Shown piece after piece: positions 12,280 through 25,703 of a DNA stretch of 64,000 nt. Made by a program: the position numbers and the translations under genes. The DNA lies in assembly GCA_965112735.1 (NCBI GenBank), contig OZ218951.1, positions 5,828,001-5,892,000 of the forward strand, given 5' to 3'. Positions within the stretch are counted from its first letter, which is position 1; each line of letters begins with the position of its first letter. The notes under the pieces were generated by a model. The model saw only the letters and a program-made list of their open reading frames with translations, did no database searches and was not told the DNA's origin. This DNA is from Phaeosaccion multiseriatum (taxonomy: Eukaryota; Protista; Ochrophyta, other classes).

Positions 12280-13910
12280 TCAAGTGCTCACCCTGACAAA
12301 GCCGTCAGCGCAGCCCAGCAGCAGCAGCCCGTGTGTGGGCAGCAGCAAGTGGCTCGTCACTTCAAGCCCAAGCCCCGCCCCCGCCCCCCTGCTCACAGAC
12401 CCACCCAAGGGGGCCATCGAGGGGTGCCGGAAGGGGTGCAAGTTGGGCTTACTCTCTCCCCTCAACGAAGCAGACGCCACGGCGAGTTTGCTGCCCGTGG
12501 GAGCGAGCAGCAGCGGCCCCAGGGGATTGGAATGGCCTCTGGGAGCTCCGCCACTTGCCACAGGGTATGTGAAGAAGCCTCGCCCTGGGACTACAGACAC
12601 AGGCTCAAGCGGCGGCCGCACACTGTCCCACTCGACTGCCACCCCCCGCCCACTGTTGCCGCCGCCGCCGCCGCCGCCGCTGCTGCTGCTGGCACTGTTG
12701 TTACCCATATGACTGCCGCTGGTGGCGGTAGCAGGGGCGAACAAGCCTTTGACTTGCCCAATTCGTTCAGGCACCCCCCCGCTACAGCTGCTCACATCCC
12801 ACCTCACCGCCGCCCCGTCCACGCCAACTGTGAGCAGCCCCGTCCCCCCCAGGGGCAGCACCTGCAGCACTTGGCCCGAGTGCGCCCACCAGTGCATAAG
12901 AGGCCTCCCCGCCATGCGCCTGTCGAGCATGACCAAACCCCCTCCTCCCGTGCCCGCTGCCAGCCAGGACCCGGCCCCCTCTCCCCCGCTGCACACGCAC
13001 GTGACGCTACCCGCCTCTCCTCCTCCTCCTCCTTCTCGGTCTCCAGCCCCCCCCCAGGAGGAGGAACTGCCGCCCTCAGCCATGCCGCTGCTGCCCGTAT
13101 GACTGCCGCTGCCCCCCCCCCCCCGGGAATGTGTCTTGGCCAGCCCCTTGAGCAGCGGCCCCAGCCTCCAGCGCGCATACGGCCGAACTGCTTGTGCTTC
13201 TGCCGACGACCTCGAAATCGAAGACCTCGACATTGACGAGTCTCGAAAGTCGAAGTGGCAGATTGAGTCCGCCGAGGCCGCTGTGAGCAACACGCTTCCT
13301 CCGCCGACGGCCCCCCTCGCCCCTAGATTCGCTGTATGACCAACTGCTGTAGTTGTATCACCAACTGCTGTGGCTGCGGATAGGCACCGTCTCCAGTCGC
13401 GCCCCAGCGCTTCACAGTCCTCCCCCGGGGGCGGCTCCAGGCAGAAAGCCACGAGGGGCGATGCCGGCCCGTATGCCTCCGTCACGACTCCTCTCGCCAG
13501 CTGTGAGCCGGATTCGACGTCCCACAGCAGCGCCTGTCCCTCGCACAGAGCCAAGGCGCGACGCTCGTCTGCGAGGCAAGGCAGCGGACGAAGTAGGCAG
13601 GAGGGGCGGAGGAGAGAAGCATGAGATCAGAGGCGTATGGGAAGGGCGAGATCCAAGGCGTATGGGCAGGACGAGATCAGAGGTGTATGAACACGAACAC
13701 CAACCCCTCCACCCACCTTCGCTCAAAGCCAGATTGCTGACGCCGCACGAGTGATTGCAGCCCTTTTCCTCCCCCTTCCCCGACAGGGGCAAAGACAGGT
13801 TGCCTACTTGCTCCGGCGGGGCCCCTCCTGCCGTGGACCACATCTGCACACAGGCAGTGCTACTACTGCTGCTGCTCCTACCGCCGCTACCACTACTCGT
13901 TCTACTACTA

Positions 13911-13948
<38 letters not shown>

Positions 13949-16900
13949 ACCGCTGGGCCCCGCGGCGGCGGCTGTGATAACGATCCTCTCGCTCTCCCCG
14001 GTGCACATGGCCACGATGGCACCGCCCCCGCCATCCCTGCATTCCCCCCGGGGGGTGCTTCCCCTCTGGGGCGTCCCTCCTGCGGCGAAGAACGAGGCCT
14101 GCAAGCAGAGTTCCAAACTCCACTCCGGCCCCTCCTCCCCCTCCCTCCCTCTCCTCCCTGTCCTCCCTCTGCTCCCTCTCCAGTTGCGCTGGCCCAAGAG
14201 CCAGGCACTGTCCTCCAGCCGCGCTCGGGTGCCCTCTTCAAAGGCGCCCCTCGGGAAAGACCAACCTGAACAATCTGAAACGGCCAAGCCACCGCTGACA
14301 CTGACACTGGGCAGCTCGCCCGGCCCCGCCGGCAGCCTCAGCGGCCGTCTGTCCTGCTCCCGACTGTTGCTGTTGCTGTTGCTATCGGTGCTGCCTCCTC
14401 CTCCTCCGCTGAAGAGCCTCCCAAGCGGACTGCGGCTCCTGGGCTCTCTGCCTCGTGGAGCGCTGCTGCCACGGGAGCTCAAACTGGAGCTCAAACTGCC
14501 GCCCAAACTCGATCTCGACTCCGCTGCTGCAGAGTCTGCTACCCCATCCCTCGCCCCCGCCCCCCAACCTCCTCCTCTATTCACAGCCCCCCTCACCCCG
14601 GGGGGAAAGTCGAGGATGGGGTCAACGTGGACATCAACATCAACATCGACACCGATATCGATATCGACACCGCCGCCTCCTCCCCCCTCGGGATGGCCAT
14701 GGCCGTTTCCGAGCTGCCGCTTCAAGCGATGCCCAAACAACCTCCATTGCCGCGCCAAGAAGCCCTGTTCCCCCTCCTCTTCCTCTTCCTCTTCCTCTTC
14801 CTCTTCCTCTCCCCCCTCCCTTCCTCCTTCTCTTGACCCCCCTCCTCGACATGGAAGCTCCACTCGTCCCCCTCGTCCTCCTCTGCTCCCCTCTACGCTG
14901 CTGCTCTGTCTCACCGCTGTCGCACCCTCCCCACCCCCCTCCATAGCCCTCCCCCCCCCCGCCCCAGTCCCTTCTGCCGTGCCGCTGGGCGTGATGTGGA
15001 TCGAACCCGTCCTTGCCAACCCCGGGGGGCCTCTGGGGATGAGCCAGGCCGCCATCCTTGCAGAGGCCGTGGGCGCGTGCGTGTCCATCGCCCTGAAGCC
15101 GAGCAGAGCCGCGAGAGGGGCGAACACACTCAAAGCCACTTCCTCCGACGCCCCCAAGGCCCAGGGGGGGTGCGTGCCACCATCATCGTCGATATCATCA
15201 TCTCGGCTCGGAAACACGCCCATGTAAGGGTCCAGTGTAGGCAGAAGCAGCTGGGGATGGGGGAGGAGAGAGAGACCGCGGAAACGGCAGCAAAAGGTGT
15301 GGGTGAGTCGAGGGCTGCCCGCGTGGTTCAGGGAACGGACTGGGGAGGGGACGGCTATATATCACCAACCGCTGCGTCGCTGGACTTGACCCACCTCGAT
15401 AACGTCGGCCTCATCGAGGTGCAGGGCCGCCAGGGCGAGTCGCTTGGCCACCTCCACGCTCAGCAGTTGGTGATACAGCGACAGCCGAGAGAGACGCAGG
15501 GGCGGTGCTTGCTTGGGGCGAGGCGACCCCGCCGCATCAGCAGTTGGTGATACAGCTCCAGGCGCCGCAGTAGCAGTGGGGCAATGATTCATCATCATCG
15601 AGGGCAATGAGTGAGTCAGCGTCCGCAGAAAGACCGCCAGAGACATGCAGCGGTCGGAGCAGCAGTAGAAGCCGCCCACCGGGGGAGACAGCGATGGCAG
15701 CAGACGGGAGATGATGGCCACGCTCTCCAGCCCCGCTCGCAGGGCCCTCTGCTGCTGCCCCTCTGATGCCTCTGCGGCTAAGAGCGCACCCCCGGGGGGA
15801 GAGGCAAGCGCCCTCCTCCTCCTTCCTCGGGCCTCTCGAGGGGTGTCGTTGCCGCTGCCGAGGCGAGGAGGAGGAGGAGGTGAAGAACAAGAAGGAGAAC
15901 GAGTACAAGAAGAAGAAGAGTGGGCAGGGGCACGGGAGAGAGGAGGAGAAGGAGAAGGAGAAGGAGGACGAGGTGGAGAGTTTCCGAGTCGAGAGGGAGA
16001 GGTAAGCCCCAGCCCCAGTCCCAGGCTGTGCGCCGCCCGCTCGAGCACGCCCCCTCCCCCTGCGAGGCGGGCAAGCACCATTGGCACGGTCACCTCCTCG
16101 CTGCCTACACGCTCACAGATGGAGACGACTGCCTTCGACACGACGCAGAAGCGCTCCCAACCCTCGACACCGCTCCAGGAGGAGGAGGAGGAGGAGGAAG
16201 AAGACTGCCTCTCGCTATTTGAGGCTGTCCACATGGTAGCCAGATGCGCACTCGCGGGGTCCGCTGCCTCCCTACTGGTGACCGTATGACTGCTGTTGCT
16301 GCTGAGTAGGGCCTCTAGGCAGTCAAGGAGGGCGGGCAGCAGGTACCGACAGGCTAGGGCCTGCCCCACGGCCTCAAAGATGCTCGAGCCCAGAGCATCC
16401 GCCGCCGCCATTTGTATCTCCAGACCACCACACTGCCCACCAGCCTTCAGACCCTTCCCCGACCGGTCCTGCGTGTCGTCATCTTGGCCAGCCGTCGTCC
16501 CTGCTGCTGCTGTAGCACCAACTGCTGCTGCTGATTCTTCTCCTCTTCCTGCTTCCCCCATGAGCCCGCCAGTCCGCAGCCAGCGCAGCACAAGGGGAAG
16601 ACAGAGCGAGAGGAAGGCTCTCTGCCCCACCCCCCGCAGCAGCACACCCCACAACTCAGAGCAGCGCAGCAAGGCGAGGATCAGGCGCGGCTCCCGGACC
16701 CCCTCGAGGAGAGAGAGTACAGAGGGCAGCACGAGCAATCGACTGTAGGCAGGGCCCAGCGCGGTCAGCAGAGCACGGAGCACCACAGTCACGTACGCCG
16801 CCGCCTGCGTGGCTGCCTCTACTCGGAAACCGTCCTCCTCGTCCACTTCCCCTTCCTCTTGTTCTTCGTCCTCCTCATCATCACCATCATCGTCGCCTGA

Positions 16901-17997
16901 GCGGTGTGTGAGGTGCGAGGCCTTCTGCGGAGGAGGAGGAGGAGGAGGAGGGGTGCTGCCACTGCTGGCAGTGCTGCCGGGGCCCTGACCCATGCCATGC
17001 TCAACTCCGGCACTGAGCTCGGTGAGGAGCGCGAGCAGGTGGGGCGCCGCGAGGATGGCAGCAGACAGTGGCGCGTCCGAAAGCACAACAGGGCACTCCT
17101 CCGCCGCCACGCGAAGCCGCCGCAGCCCCAGAGCGACCCCCGGGGGGCACTTGCACTTGTATATGGCGGAGCAGAGACCGTGCACTTGGGCGAAGAAGGC
17201 AGGGAACAGGCGCTCTGCAGGCTCCTCCACGCCCCCCTGGCCCTGAGCCTGGCCCTGACCCCCGGGTAGGTGGTCCTCCGCTGTGCTTCCCAGCAGCAGC
17301 TCCACCGCCGTGACGTTCCCTCCCAGCAGCCCCTCCACGGCTCTCTTCACAACCGCCGGCACTTCTCTGTCTCTCACGCCACCTGCGGGGCACCACAGCT
17401 CTTCGCCACCCATACGACTGCCCCCGCCGCTGCTGCCCATATGCCTCCTACTTGTCCTTACTCCTCGTGCCCCTGCTCTTGCCAGGAGCGGCGCCCCTCG
17501 ATAAAGCTCGGCCATGGCGCAGCCCACCTGGAACAGGTCTGTCGCTCGTCCCAGAGAGCCGCTGCTGGTGGAGGCACTGGAGCTCATACTCTTTCTCTCC
17601 TTCTCGTCTCCCTCGTCCTCCTCCTTCTCCACATGAGAACGGCCACCACCCAGATCATCATCGCCTGAAGCTCCACCGCAGCCGTCGTCGTTGGACAGCA
17701 GGGGCGTATACCTCGGCTCAAGCAAAGGAGCTGTTAGCGCCGCAAACTGCTCCACCACCTGCCCCCCTCCATCCACTGCCATCTCACCTCTATCCGCTAC
17801 CACGCCCCTGCCCGCCCCTCCCACGTAGTCCTCCAGCACCCCCCCCACCGCTCCCCCCGAGGCCTCTCGCCGGGGGTGAGGCCTCCGGAACAGCGTGACA
17901 TACCCCGGGCCGCGCGCTCGAGCAGGCAAGGCGAGGAGTCCCTTTGTGGAGTACAGCTTGTCGCCTCCTCCCCCCCCCCCTCCTCCTCCTCCTCCTC

Positions 17998-18032
<35 letters not shown>

Positions 18033-19736
18033 CACCGCAGGGGGACGTTCTTGTGCTGCACGGCGTCTCTCCCCTCGAGGCAGCAGCCAAACAAGAGGTC
18101 AATCCAGCGGTGCAGCTGGGCCGACACCTCTTCGCTCTCCAGCAGCCGCCGATGGTAGGCGATGAAGGCCTCCGCATCCGGGCACCAGGTGGGCAGCTCC
18201 AAGTCGGGCAGGGTTTCCGGGTTGTGTATGGAGCGCAGCACATCTGGCTGTAGGTAGAACTCCGGAATGCACTCCTCAGGCGTCCAGGCGTAGAGACGCG
18301 CCATACTCACAGGATAGTGCTCCGCCACCACCGAGGCCCTTACAACTTGCCGTAGTTGCCCCAGGGGGGTGCGCCTTGCGAGGTAGATGCAGAGCGTCAG
18401 CTCGGAAAGGCTTTCGGGAACGTGGTGGGGGGGCGTGCTGTCCCCCAGGGAGGAGGAGGAGGAGGAGGAGGAGGAGAGGTTTCGCAGCAGCGCTTGGTAC
18501 GTGAGGTCGAGCTGCGCGTCTCCCTTGGCGAGGCGGTACTTGGTCTTGCTCAAGTCCGTCCAGTGCCCAGTGCCCTCCTGGGAGGACAGATCGCTCACCC
18601 AGGGCACCACGGGATGGTGGGCGCTATCTCCTCCGCCCCTGCCCGCAGCTCTGTTGATGGCGAGGAGGTAGGTGAGGTTATCGACCTGTCCGTGCACCCA
18701 CCTCCACGTTAGGGGCGCGTCTTCTCCAGGGGGCAGGCGGGGGGGAGGCAGTAGCAGCCCCGATTCGGGGGAGAGGGGCGGGCGCAGCTGCAGCCATAGC
18801 AGCGGCGACATGTGCACCTGTGCCAGCAGCAGTTGGTGATACGGCCATGGGGACGGAACAGCGGGAAGGGAGCGGGGGGCGAGGGGAGGGGAGAAAGAGA
18901 GGTGTTTACGATAGGAGCAAAGAAACAGACTGTCAGACGATGCATGTGTCTCGGTAGTCGGATGGATGGAGGTGTAGGGGGGGGACGAGAGGCAAAAAAA
19001 ACGCTCGAAGGTTCCACAGGTTCGTTCGTTCTGTTGGGGTGTACGTACTCACGTGTCGAGGATCGAAGGTGGCGACGCCCTCCACTCCGGCTGCGTGAAG
19101 ATCTGCGGCTGCCTGCACGAGCTGGTAGCAAAGCCACCGGAGCACCAAGTCCGTGCCGTCCGCATCCAGGGTCCGCCCGGGCAAAGCCAGCAGGTGCTGC
19201 ACCCCACCGCCTACCAAGCCGATGCCGTGGGTGAGGGCGCTGAGGCGGAGGGGCTGGGGTGAGAAGAGGACGGCTCTGCAACCAGGACGCTTGCTGCTGC
19301 CCATGGGACGGTATATGTCCAGCACGTGTGCCTGGGAGGAGAGCAGAACCTCAAGTTGGCAGAGGGATCCGTCTGAGAGCTTGACGGAGGAAGCAGCGTG
19401 TGAGGTGGCTCTAGCAGCTGGTGCTTCATAGACCCAACGGACCAAGTCGTCTGCTTCCTTCTCCTGCACCACCTGAGCTGTACAGTCGAGGATGTTGCCG
19501 AGGTCTCGAGCCTGGCCCGAGAGCATCGGCTCCTCATGCTGCTCCTGCTGCTCCTGCTGCCGCTTCCCAGGGAGGAGCACATCGACCACCACTCGACTTC
19601 CCCAGAAGCAGGACTTTGTGGAAACTATCTCATCCACGGCGCAAAGCATTGAGGCACATGCCTCTTTCTTTTGGAGGCGTTCCGGCGTTGGTAGAGTTTC
19701 GTGCTCGTGTTGGCTCTCCAATCGTCGCCATTTCAC
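12280..19736 (-). CDS. WDR81/GFS12-type BEACH-domain and WD40 protein (about 4 exons)
   Basis: BEACH signature WVHGQVDNLTYLLAINRAAGR..HPVVPWVSD..DLSKTKYRLAKGDAQLDLTY..HHVPE.LSEL..LARRTP..YPVSMARLYAWTPEECIPEFY..LHRWIDLLFG. The C-terminus is WD40-like (WWAHSGQV, LLGCADGFVRV). Confidence 0.88.
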
Positions 19737-19891
19737 ACAACCCTCGATCTTCTCATCATCTCGATCTTCTCTTTTATTCTTTCCTCTCCCTCATCCAACG
19801 CGTGAAGGCTGCCTCGCGAACATTAACTAGGGCGCAGCGGCTTTCAGACACCACCCAGACCTCCAGTGACGTGCTAGCGCCAGGAGTTAGC

Positions 19892-22253
19892 ATGGACAAA
19901 GGAGGAGAAGGAACAGAAGGAGCAGCAAGGGAAGCGGACTCCTCAGTGCAGAGGCAGGAGCTCCCTCCTTTCGTGCATGATCTCCACAAAGCCTATATAA
20001 GCAAGGCGAGTCATGCATTGGGATCCAGTCATTGCATCTGCCTCCTCAATCAACTCTGTTTGTAGTCCTTTTCTCTCTGCTCTGTTCGACCCCGCCCCGC
20101 CCCCTTTCTTCTAACCCCCTCTCTCTCTTGCTTCCCGAAGGTGGCCGCGGACACGAGTAGCTTTGAGTTCTCCATGACGGAGCACCTGCGCATGAGCGGC
20201 GTGTACTGGGGCGTGATGGGCATGGCGCTGCTCGGGGCGGACCTGCAGCAGGAGATGAACAAAGGGTGTGTGCGTGTGTGCGTGAGTGCGTGACAGGTCG
20301 GACGGGGGCGAGACGATTTAGGGTGCATTAGAGCAGGGAGAAGACGGGAAAGAGGGGGGGGGGCAGATCAAGGTTAAGCGGGACTGGCGGGTTAAGCGGG
20401 ACTGGGGCTTTAGGAGCCAGATACAGGGTGGCACGAAAGTTGTCGTCGAATCAGCACAGCATCTGTCTGGTCCTTGGCTCATAAGCCTCTGCTGATGCTA
20501 CTGCTACTCCCCTCCTGCCGCTCTCGACCCATGCAATGCTGCACCAGGGGCGAGCTGGTGGCGTGGGTAATGCAGTGCTACGACCCCGAGGGGGGAGGCT
20601 TCTCACCCAACCTAGGCCACGACCCGCACATGCTCTCCACGCTGTCAGCGCTGCAGGTAAGGGGGGGGGATGGCATTGGAAGAAAGGTGGAAATAGACAC
20701 CGCTCAATCTCTCCTCCTCCCTCCTCAGGTGCTCGCCCTCCTCGGGGAGCTTGACCGCGTGGATGCCTCACGTGTGGCGGGCTTCATCGCAGGGCTACAG
20801 CAGGCAGACGGCTCCTTCACGGGGGACAAGTGGGGGGAGGTGGACACACGCTTTTCGTACTGCGCTTTGTCAGCGCTGGCCCTGCTGGGGAGGCTCAGAG
20901 AGCCGGTGAGAGAGAGCGGAGGGGAGGGAGGGAGGGACGACAGATGCACAAATACATGGGGAGAGAGAGGGCGACAGGGGCGGCGTTGCTCTCTTGCCTG
21001 TGGGACAGAGCCTCGGACCGGGGAAGGGGTGGGCTGGACGGGCCGTTTTATCCTTTGCATGTTCCCTCGGTGTGCGTGCCTTCTTTCTCTCCTCCCAGCA
21101 CGTCCACCCGCGCTTCATCGTCCCTCACCCCTTCCCTCCCCTCCCCTCATGCTCCTCCCCCTCCTCCTCCTTCTCCCCCTCCCTTCCCTCCCTTTCACCT
21201 CCCCCTCCCCATGCTCTGCGTAGGGGCTGATCGACGTGGACGCTGCCGCAGAGTTTGTGGGGCGATGCCGGAACTTTGACGGGGGTTTCGGATGCGTGCC
21301 AGGGGCGGAGTCTCACGCGGGGCAGATCTTCACATGCGTGGGGGCCCTCTCCATTGCACAGAGACTCGACCTCGTAGACGAGAAGCTGCTGGGCTGGTGA
21401 GCGAGGAAGGGAGGGAGGGAGGGATGGAGGGAGGAGGGAGGGAGAAAGGAAGGGGTGGGAGGGTGAGGCTGAACTGACCAGGTACCGCCCTCTGGCTTCT
21501 GTCACGCCAACCAGGTGGCTGTGCGAGCGCCAGTGCGACTCCGGCGGTCTGAATGGGCGGCCCGAGAAGCAGGCCGACGTGTGCTACTCGTGGTGGATCC
21601 TCAGCTCTCTGCAGATCCTGGGCAAGGTGGTGAGTGAGTGAGTGAGTGAGTGAGTGAGGTACTACTCTTGGTGGTACCTCCCGTCATTTCGCGCTTCTCG
21701 CTTCTCGCTTCTCGCTTCTACTGTTATACGCAAGTCCTCTCCCATACACACACACCGACCTGCCCACCCCACCCCCTTCCTTTCACTGCCCATAGGACTG
21801 GATCGACACGGCCAAGCTTGTGGAGTTCATCCTGAGGTGTCAGGACTCCGACGACGGGGGTATCGCAGAGCGCCCCGGAAACCTCGCGGACATCTTCCAC
21901 ACCTTCTTCGGTATCGCGGGCCTGTCGCTGCTCGGCCACTTCCAGGGCAAGGAAGAGTGCAGGAGGTACGCACGGATGGTACCCGAAGGACGGCACCCAA
22001 AGGAAGGAGAGGAGCGAGTGGGGTTGTGTTGGGTGGGTGCAGGGCAGCGAGCCCAAGAACCCAAGCATTACCACAGCTTGTCCGTTGATTCGTTCCTCCC
22101 TCCACCTCTGTGACGCCCCTCCATCCCTCCCTCCCTCCCTTCCCCCCTTGCAGCTACCTGGAGGTGGACCCTGCCTACGCGCTGCCCGTGTCTTTGGTGC
22201 AGCAGATGGGCCTCGCCAGTCAGAGCCTGCCCCACGTCCCGCCCTCCCTGTGA
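19892..22253 (+). CDS. RABGGTB: Rab geranylgeranyltransferase type II beta subunit, multi-exon
   Basis: Motifs [75 protein letters not shown] and [14 protein letters not shown]. Confidence 0.95.
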
Positions 22254-23387
22254 TGTCATGTTTGAGACAGCGGTCACAAGACAGCATTGAGAAGACAGCA
22301 GCCAGGATCAGGTTTCAAGCAGCAGGCAGCAAGCCACGCCAGGGAGGAGGAGAAGGAAGACCAGCCTGCAGTTTGTGGGGCACGAGGATTGGCGCATCAT
22401 GGTGGCGCTGCCGTCTGTCCTCCATGAGCTCGACCCTCCGCTACGGAATGCCGTTGGGCGCTCGTCTCGCAGAGGGCGGCCCCATCATGACCATCAACGA
22501 ACGGCCCAACAGGGCAACAACCAAAGCCTGTCGCTACGGTAGTGACTGTCTCGAGTCACCGTAGCAGATGGTGCTGAGCATAGGAGCGCAGGCACTGCGG
22601 GAGCATGGGAGGGACCGCCGTGTCGCAGTGAGCGTCACCGGGACAGACGGGCTCCAGTGTGTGAACAGCACGCCTCAGGCTGGGAAGGAGGTGCTGACGA
22701 AGGCATACCATGCGGACAGGTGGTTGGCCAGCAGCTTCGGCATGGACTACTCTTAAGTGACGCGTGGGCCCTTCCTGCCCTTCCCGCCTGCTGGAGCCGA
22801 CCCTGGAAGCCTGCCTCAGGTTTGGGGTGGTGAGGGAGGCACCACGAATGCTCTGACGGGAGAACGACAGGGCTCATGAAGCAACCTTCAACCTTCGAGT
22901 GGTGCCGGGCAGACAGACTCAACTTGGGCATCCGATGGGAGCATCTCTTGTCGGCCGAGTTACATAAGTTACATATATTCCGCTCACTACAGCGAAGAGG
23001 TGTCCCGAGCCTCCAGAATGCGCTGTCCTTTGTCAGAGCATGTCCCACCGCCCGCCGTCCTTGGCGGTCCGTCCCACTTGGGCAATGGTCAATCAAGAGG
23101 GAGGGGTTATGTGAGCAGAGAGAGAACAAGAGCAGCTAGGGGATCAGGACGAGATTTCGCTGCTCCTAACCACACCCCCTTCTCATCCTTTCGCTCTGTC
23201 TCCCTCCCCTCTCTGCACCCTCATCCCTCCACTATGAAACCACAAGCAGACAGAGGCGCGATCAGTGTGAGCGACAAGGGGAGCAGGCAGGCAGAAAAAG
23301 AGCGGGTGTGGGACAATCGAGAGACAGGGAGGGGCAGGCAGAGGAAGTTGCAGCGTTGGATAACAGTTTGTGTCTCAATGTGAGGGT

Positions 23388-23403
23388 GGTGTTAAGAAAC
23401 ACC
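23388..23403 (-). promoter_or_regulatory. Histone 3' stem-loop of H2A (GGTGTT-TCTT-AACACC)
   Basis: 6-bp stem with 4-nt loop and AC-rich flanks (CAAACT...ACCC), 100 nt after the H2A stop. Confidence 0.88.
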
Positions 23404-23503
23404 AGTTTGGTTGTGTTGTGTCGTCGACGCGAGAAGAAGCAGGCTCCCCCGGTGCTCTCTCGAGCAGTGGACGAGGGCCGTGCTGCAAAGAGCAAAGGCT
23501 GCT

Positions 23504-23884
23504 TTACTTCTTGGCAGACTTGGTCTTCTTGGGCAGAAGCACAGCGTGGATGTTGGGCAGCACACCGCCGGAGGCGATGGTGACCTGGCCCAACAGCTTG
23601 TTGAGCTCCTCATCGTTCCTCACGGCCAGCTGGATGTGGCGGGGAATGATGCGGCTCTTCTTGTTGTCCCTGGCGGCGTTGCCGGCCAGCTCCAGGATCT
23701 CGGCGCACAGGTACTCGAGCACGGCGGCCATGTACACGGGTGCTCCGGCTCCGGTGCGCTGGGCGTAGCGCCCGACCTTGAGGTACCGGCCCATACGCGC
23801 CACGGGGAACTGCAGGCCCGCCTTGGCACTGCTGCTCGTAGACTTCTTCCCATCTCCTCGACCTCCCTTTCCCTTTCCAGACAT
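23504..23884 (-). CDS. H2A: Histone H2A (intronless)
   Basis: Sequence [12 protein letters not shown]...[53 protein letters not shown]. Confidence 0.99.
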   Translation of the reverse strand: MSGKGKGGRGDGKKSTSSSAKAGLQFPVARMGRYLKVGRYAQRTGAGAPVYMAAVLEYLCAEILELAGNAARDNKKSRIIPRHIQLAVRNDEELNKLLGQVTIASGGVLPNIHAVLLPKKTKSAKK

Positions 23885-24163
23885 GGTGGCAGTACTCTTG
23901 CTTTAAGCGAAGCAAAGGTGTTTGTGTGAGGGCCCCTGCAGCCGAGCGCGAAAATCCCATTCCCCCTTCGCCCGTCCCCCCCTGGGGCCATTTCCGCGAG
24001 CCGCGCGCCGCCGTTACTTTCGGCCTGTGAATTCGCGCGTATTACGACCCGGAAGTGTTTTTGGCGCGTGTCTCGACATTCCTGTGATGGGGCTGTGAGA
24101 TGCTCGACTGCTGTCACAACACCACCCCCTCTCCTTCCCTCCAGAAGAAGCACTCTCTCCACC

Positions 24164-24776
24164 ATGGCTAAGACTCCCGCAAAGAAGAGCGCCAAGACCC
24201 CCAAGAAGGCTGGGGACGGCAAGAAGAAGAGGTCCAAGAGGACTGAGAGCTACAGGTGCGGGAAGGAGAGCAGGCGGGAAAGCGGGGCTGCTTGAGAGCC
24301 GGAGGGACGGGGGGGAGAGGAAGGGGGGGCGGCTACTGCCTATACCTAGACAGGCTCCCCCTCTGAGGAGGAGAAAGGGGGGGCGGGGCGGCTACTGCCT
24401 ACCTAGACGGGCTCCCTCTCTGAGGAGGGAGAAGCACTTGCTCGAACAGCACCACACCAACGCCCTCCCCTCTCCCCCCCCTCCCCCACCCCACCCCCAC
24501 ACAACACCTGACAGCTCCTACATCTACAAGGTGCTCAAGCAGGTGCACCCCGACACCGGAATCTCCAAGAGGGGCATGTCCATCATGAACTCCTTCATCA
24601 ACGACGTGTTCGAGCGCATCGCCTCCGAGGCCGGCAAGCTCACCCGCTACAACAAGAAGTCCACCCTTTCCTCTAGGGAGATCCAGACCGCCGTCCGCCT
24701 CATGCTCCCCGGTGAGCTGGCCAAGCACGCCGTGTCGGAGGGCACCAAGGCCGTCACCAAGTTCACCAGCACTTAA
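24164..24776 (+). CDS. H2B: Histone H2B, one intron (24256-24514)
   Basis: MAKTPAKK...KRTESYS|[17 protein letters not shown]...[16 protein letters not shown]. The GT-AG intron restores the frame. Confidence 0.98.
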
Positions 24777-24844
24777 GGAGCCTGGCATTTTTGGTCTCGT
24801 CGGCGGCCCACTGCCGCACGCACGACGACAACAACCAACACACT

Positions 24845-24860
24845 GGTGTTTTTAAACACC
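24845..24860 (+). promoter_or_regulatory. Histone 3' stem-loop of H2B (GGTGTT-TTTA-AACACC)
   Basis: Same stem as the H2A element, followed by ACCC, about 70 nt after the stop. Confidence 0.88.
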
Positions 24861-25703
24861 ACCCTTGATCACTGAGACAGTATGCAATGCACCAGCTTCC
24901 TGTGTCTGCCACCCCTTCTCATCTGCGCCCCTCCCCGCAGTCTGCTTGTGGCTCTCCCGCTAACCCACGCCCCTTCTCCGCACGCACGGATGGCAGCCCT
25001 TCGCTCCTTACCCACACCCCCTCTCGCCACTCTGTGCCGTGTCGCCTCCTTCACGTACACACACCCTCGCCGCTGTGCCTGTCCTGTCCCTGTCGATCGG
25101 TAGACAGACAGACAAGGCACAGGACAGGGCGGGAGTGGGCCTTTTGCTCGCTCGCTGATGGGAAGGCGAAGCTGGTGGGGCAAGGAGAAGGGGAGGAGTT
25201 GCGAAGCTCACAGAGAGACAGCGACCGATCGACAGACTTCAGCCAGGGTGTGTATCAGCATCGTGGGACATGGCTGTTTCTTTAGAAGGTTAAAGCAAGG
25301 AGGGGTTATCTTTTTTGGCTGCAGCAGCATGCTTTCTGGTATTATGCGTGGTGAAATGCCTCGTCACGAGTGGTGTTTGCCTGTCTTGCAGGCTCTCAGG
25401 CGCAGGGCTTCTCTCTCCTTCATCTCGTTCCTCAGAAGATGCCTGCGGGGCAATTGGGGGCGCGTGAAGCAAAGGGTAGGCGGATAGGGATCAGAGCCAT
25501 TATCAACGCACACCCTCCCCTCGCATGTCCCACTGCCCTACTCGCCTGTGGTACGGGGCCTCGACCTTGCGTGCCGTGTCCCTGAGCAGACGGCCCCTCT
25601 CCGCCTCCACGAGCACGCCTTTGCCGCGGATGCTCCGACCCAGACCTGTGGTATCGAGCATAGAGCATAGAGGCGTATGGGCATGAGCAGACAGACAGCA
25701 AGG

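Noticed and set aside
13751-15227. Long plus-strand ORFs (490 aa here, 472 aa at 11818 and others)
   Set aside because: They are antisense shadows of the GC-rich BEACH gene and its duplicated segment.
22260-23380. Several short ORFs between RABGGTB and H2A
   Set aside because: No recognisable motifs or consistent splice pattern. Likely UTR or intergenic.
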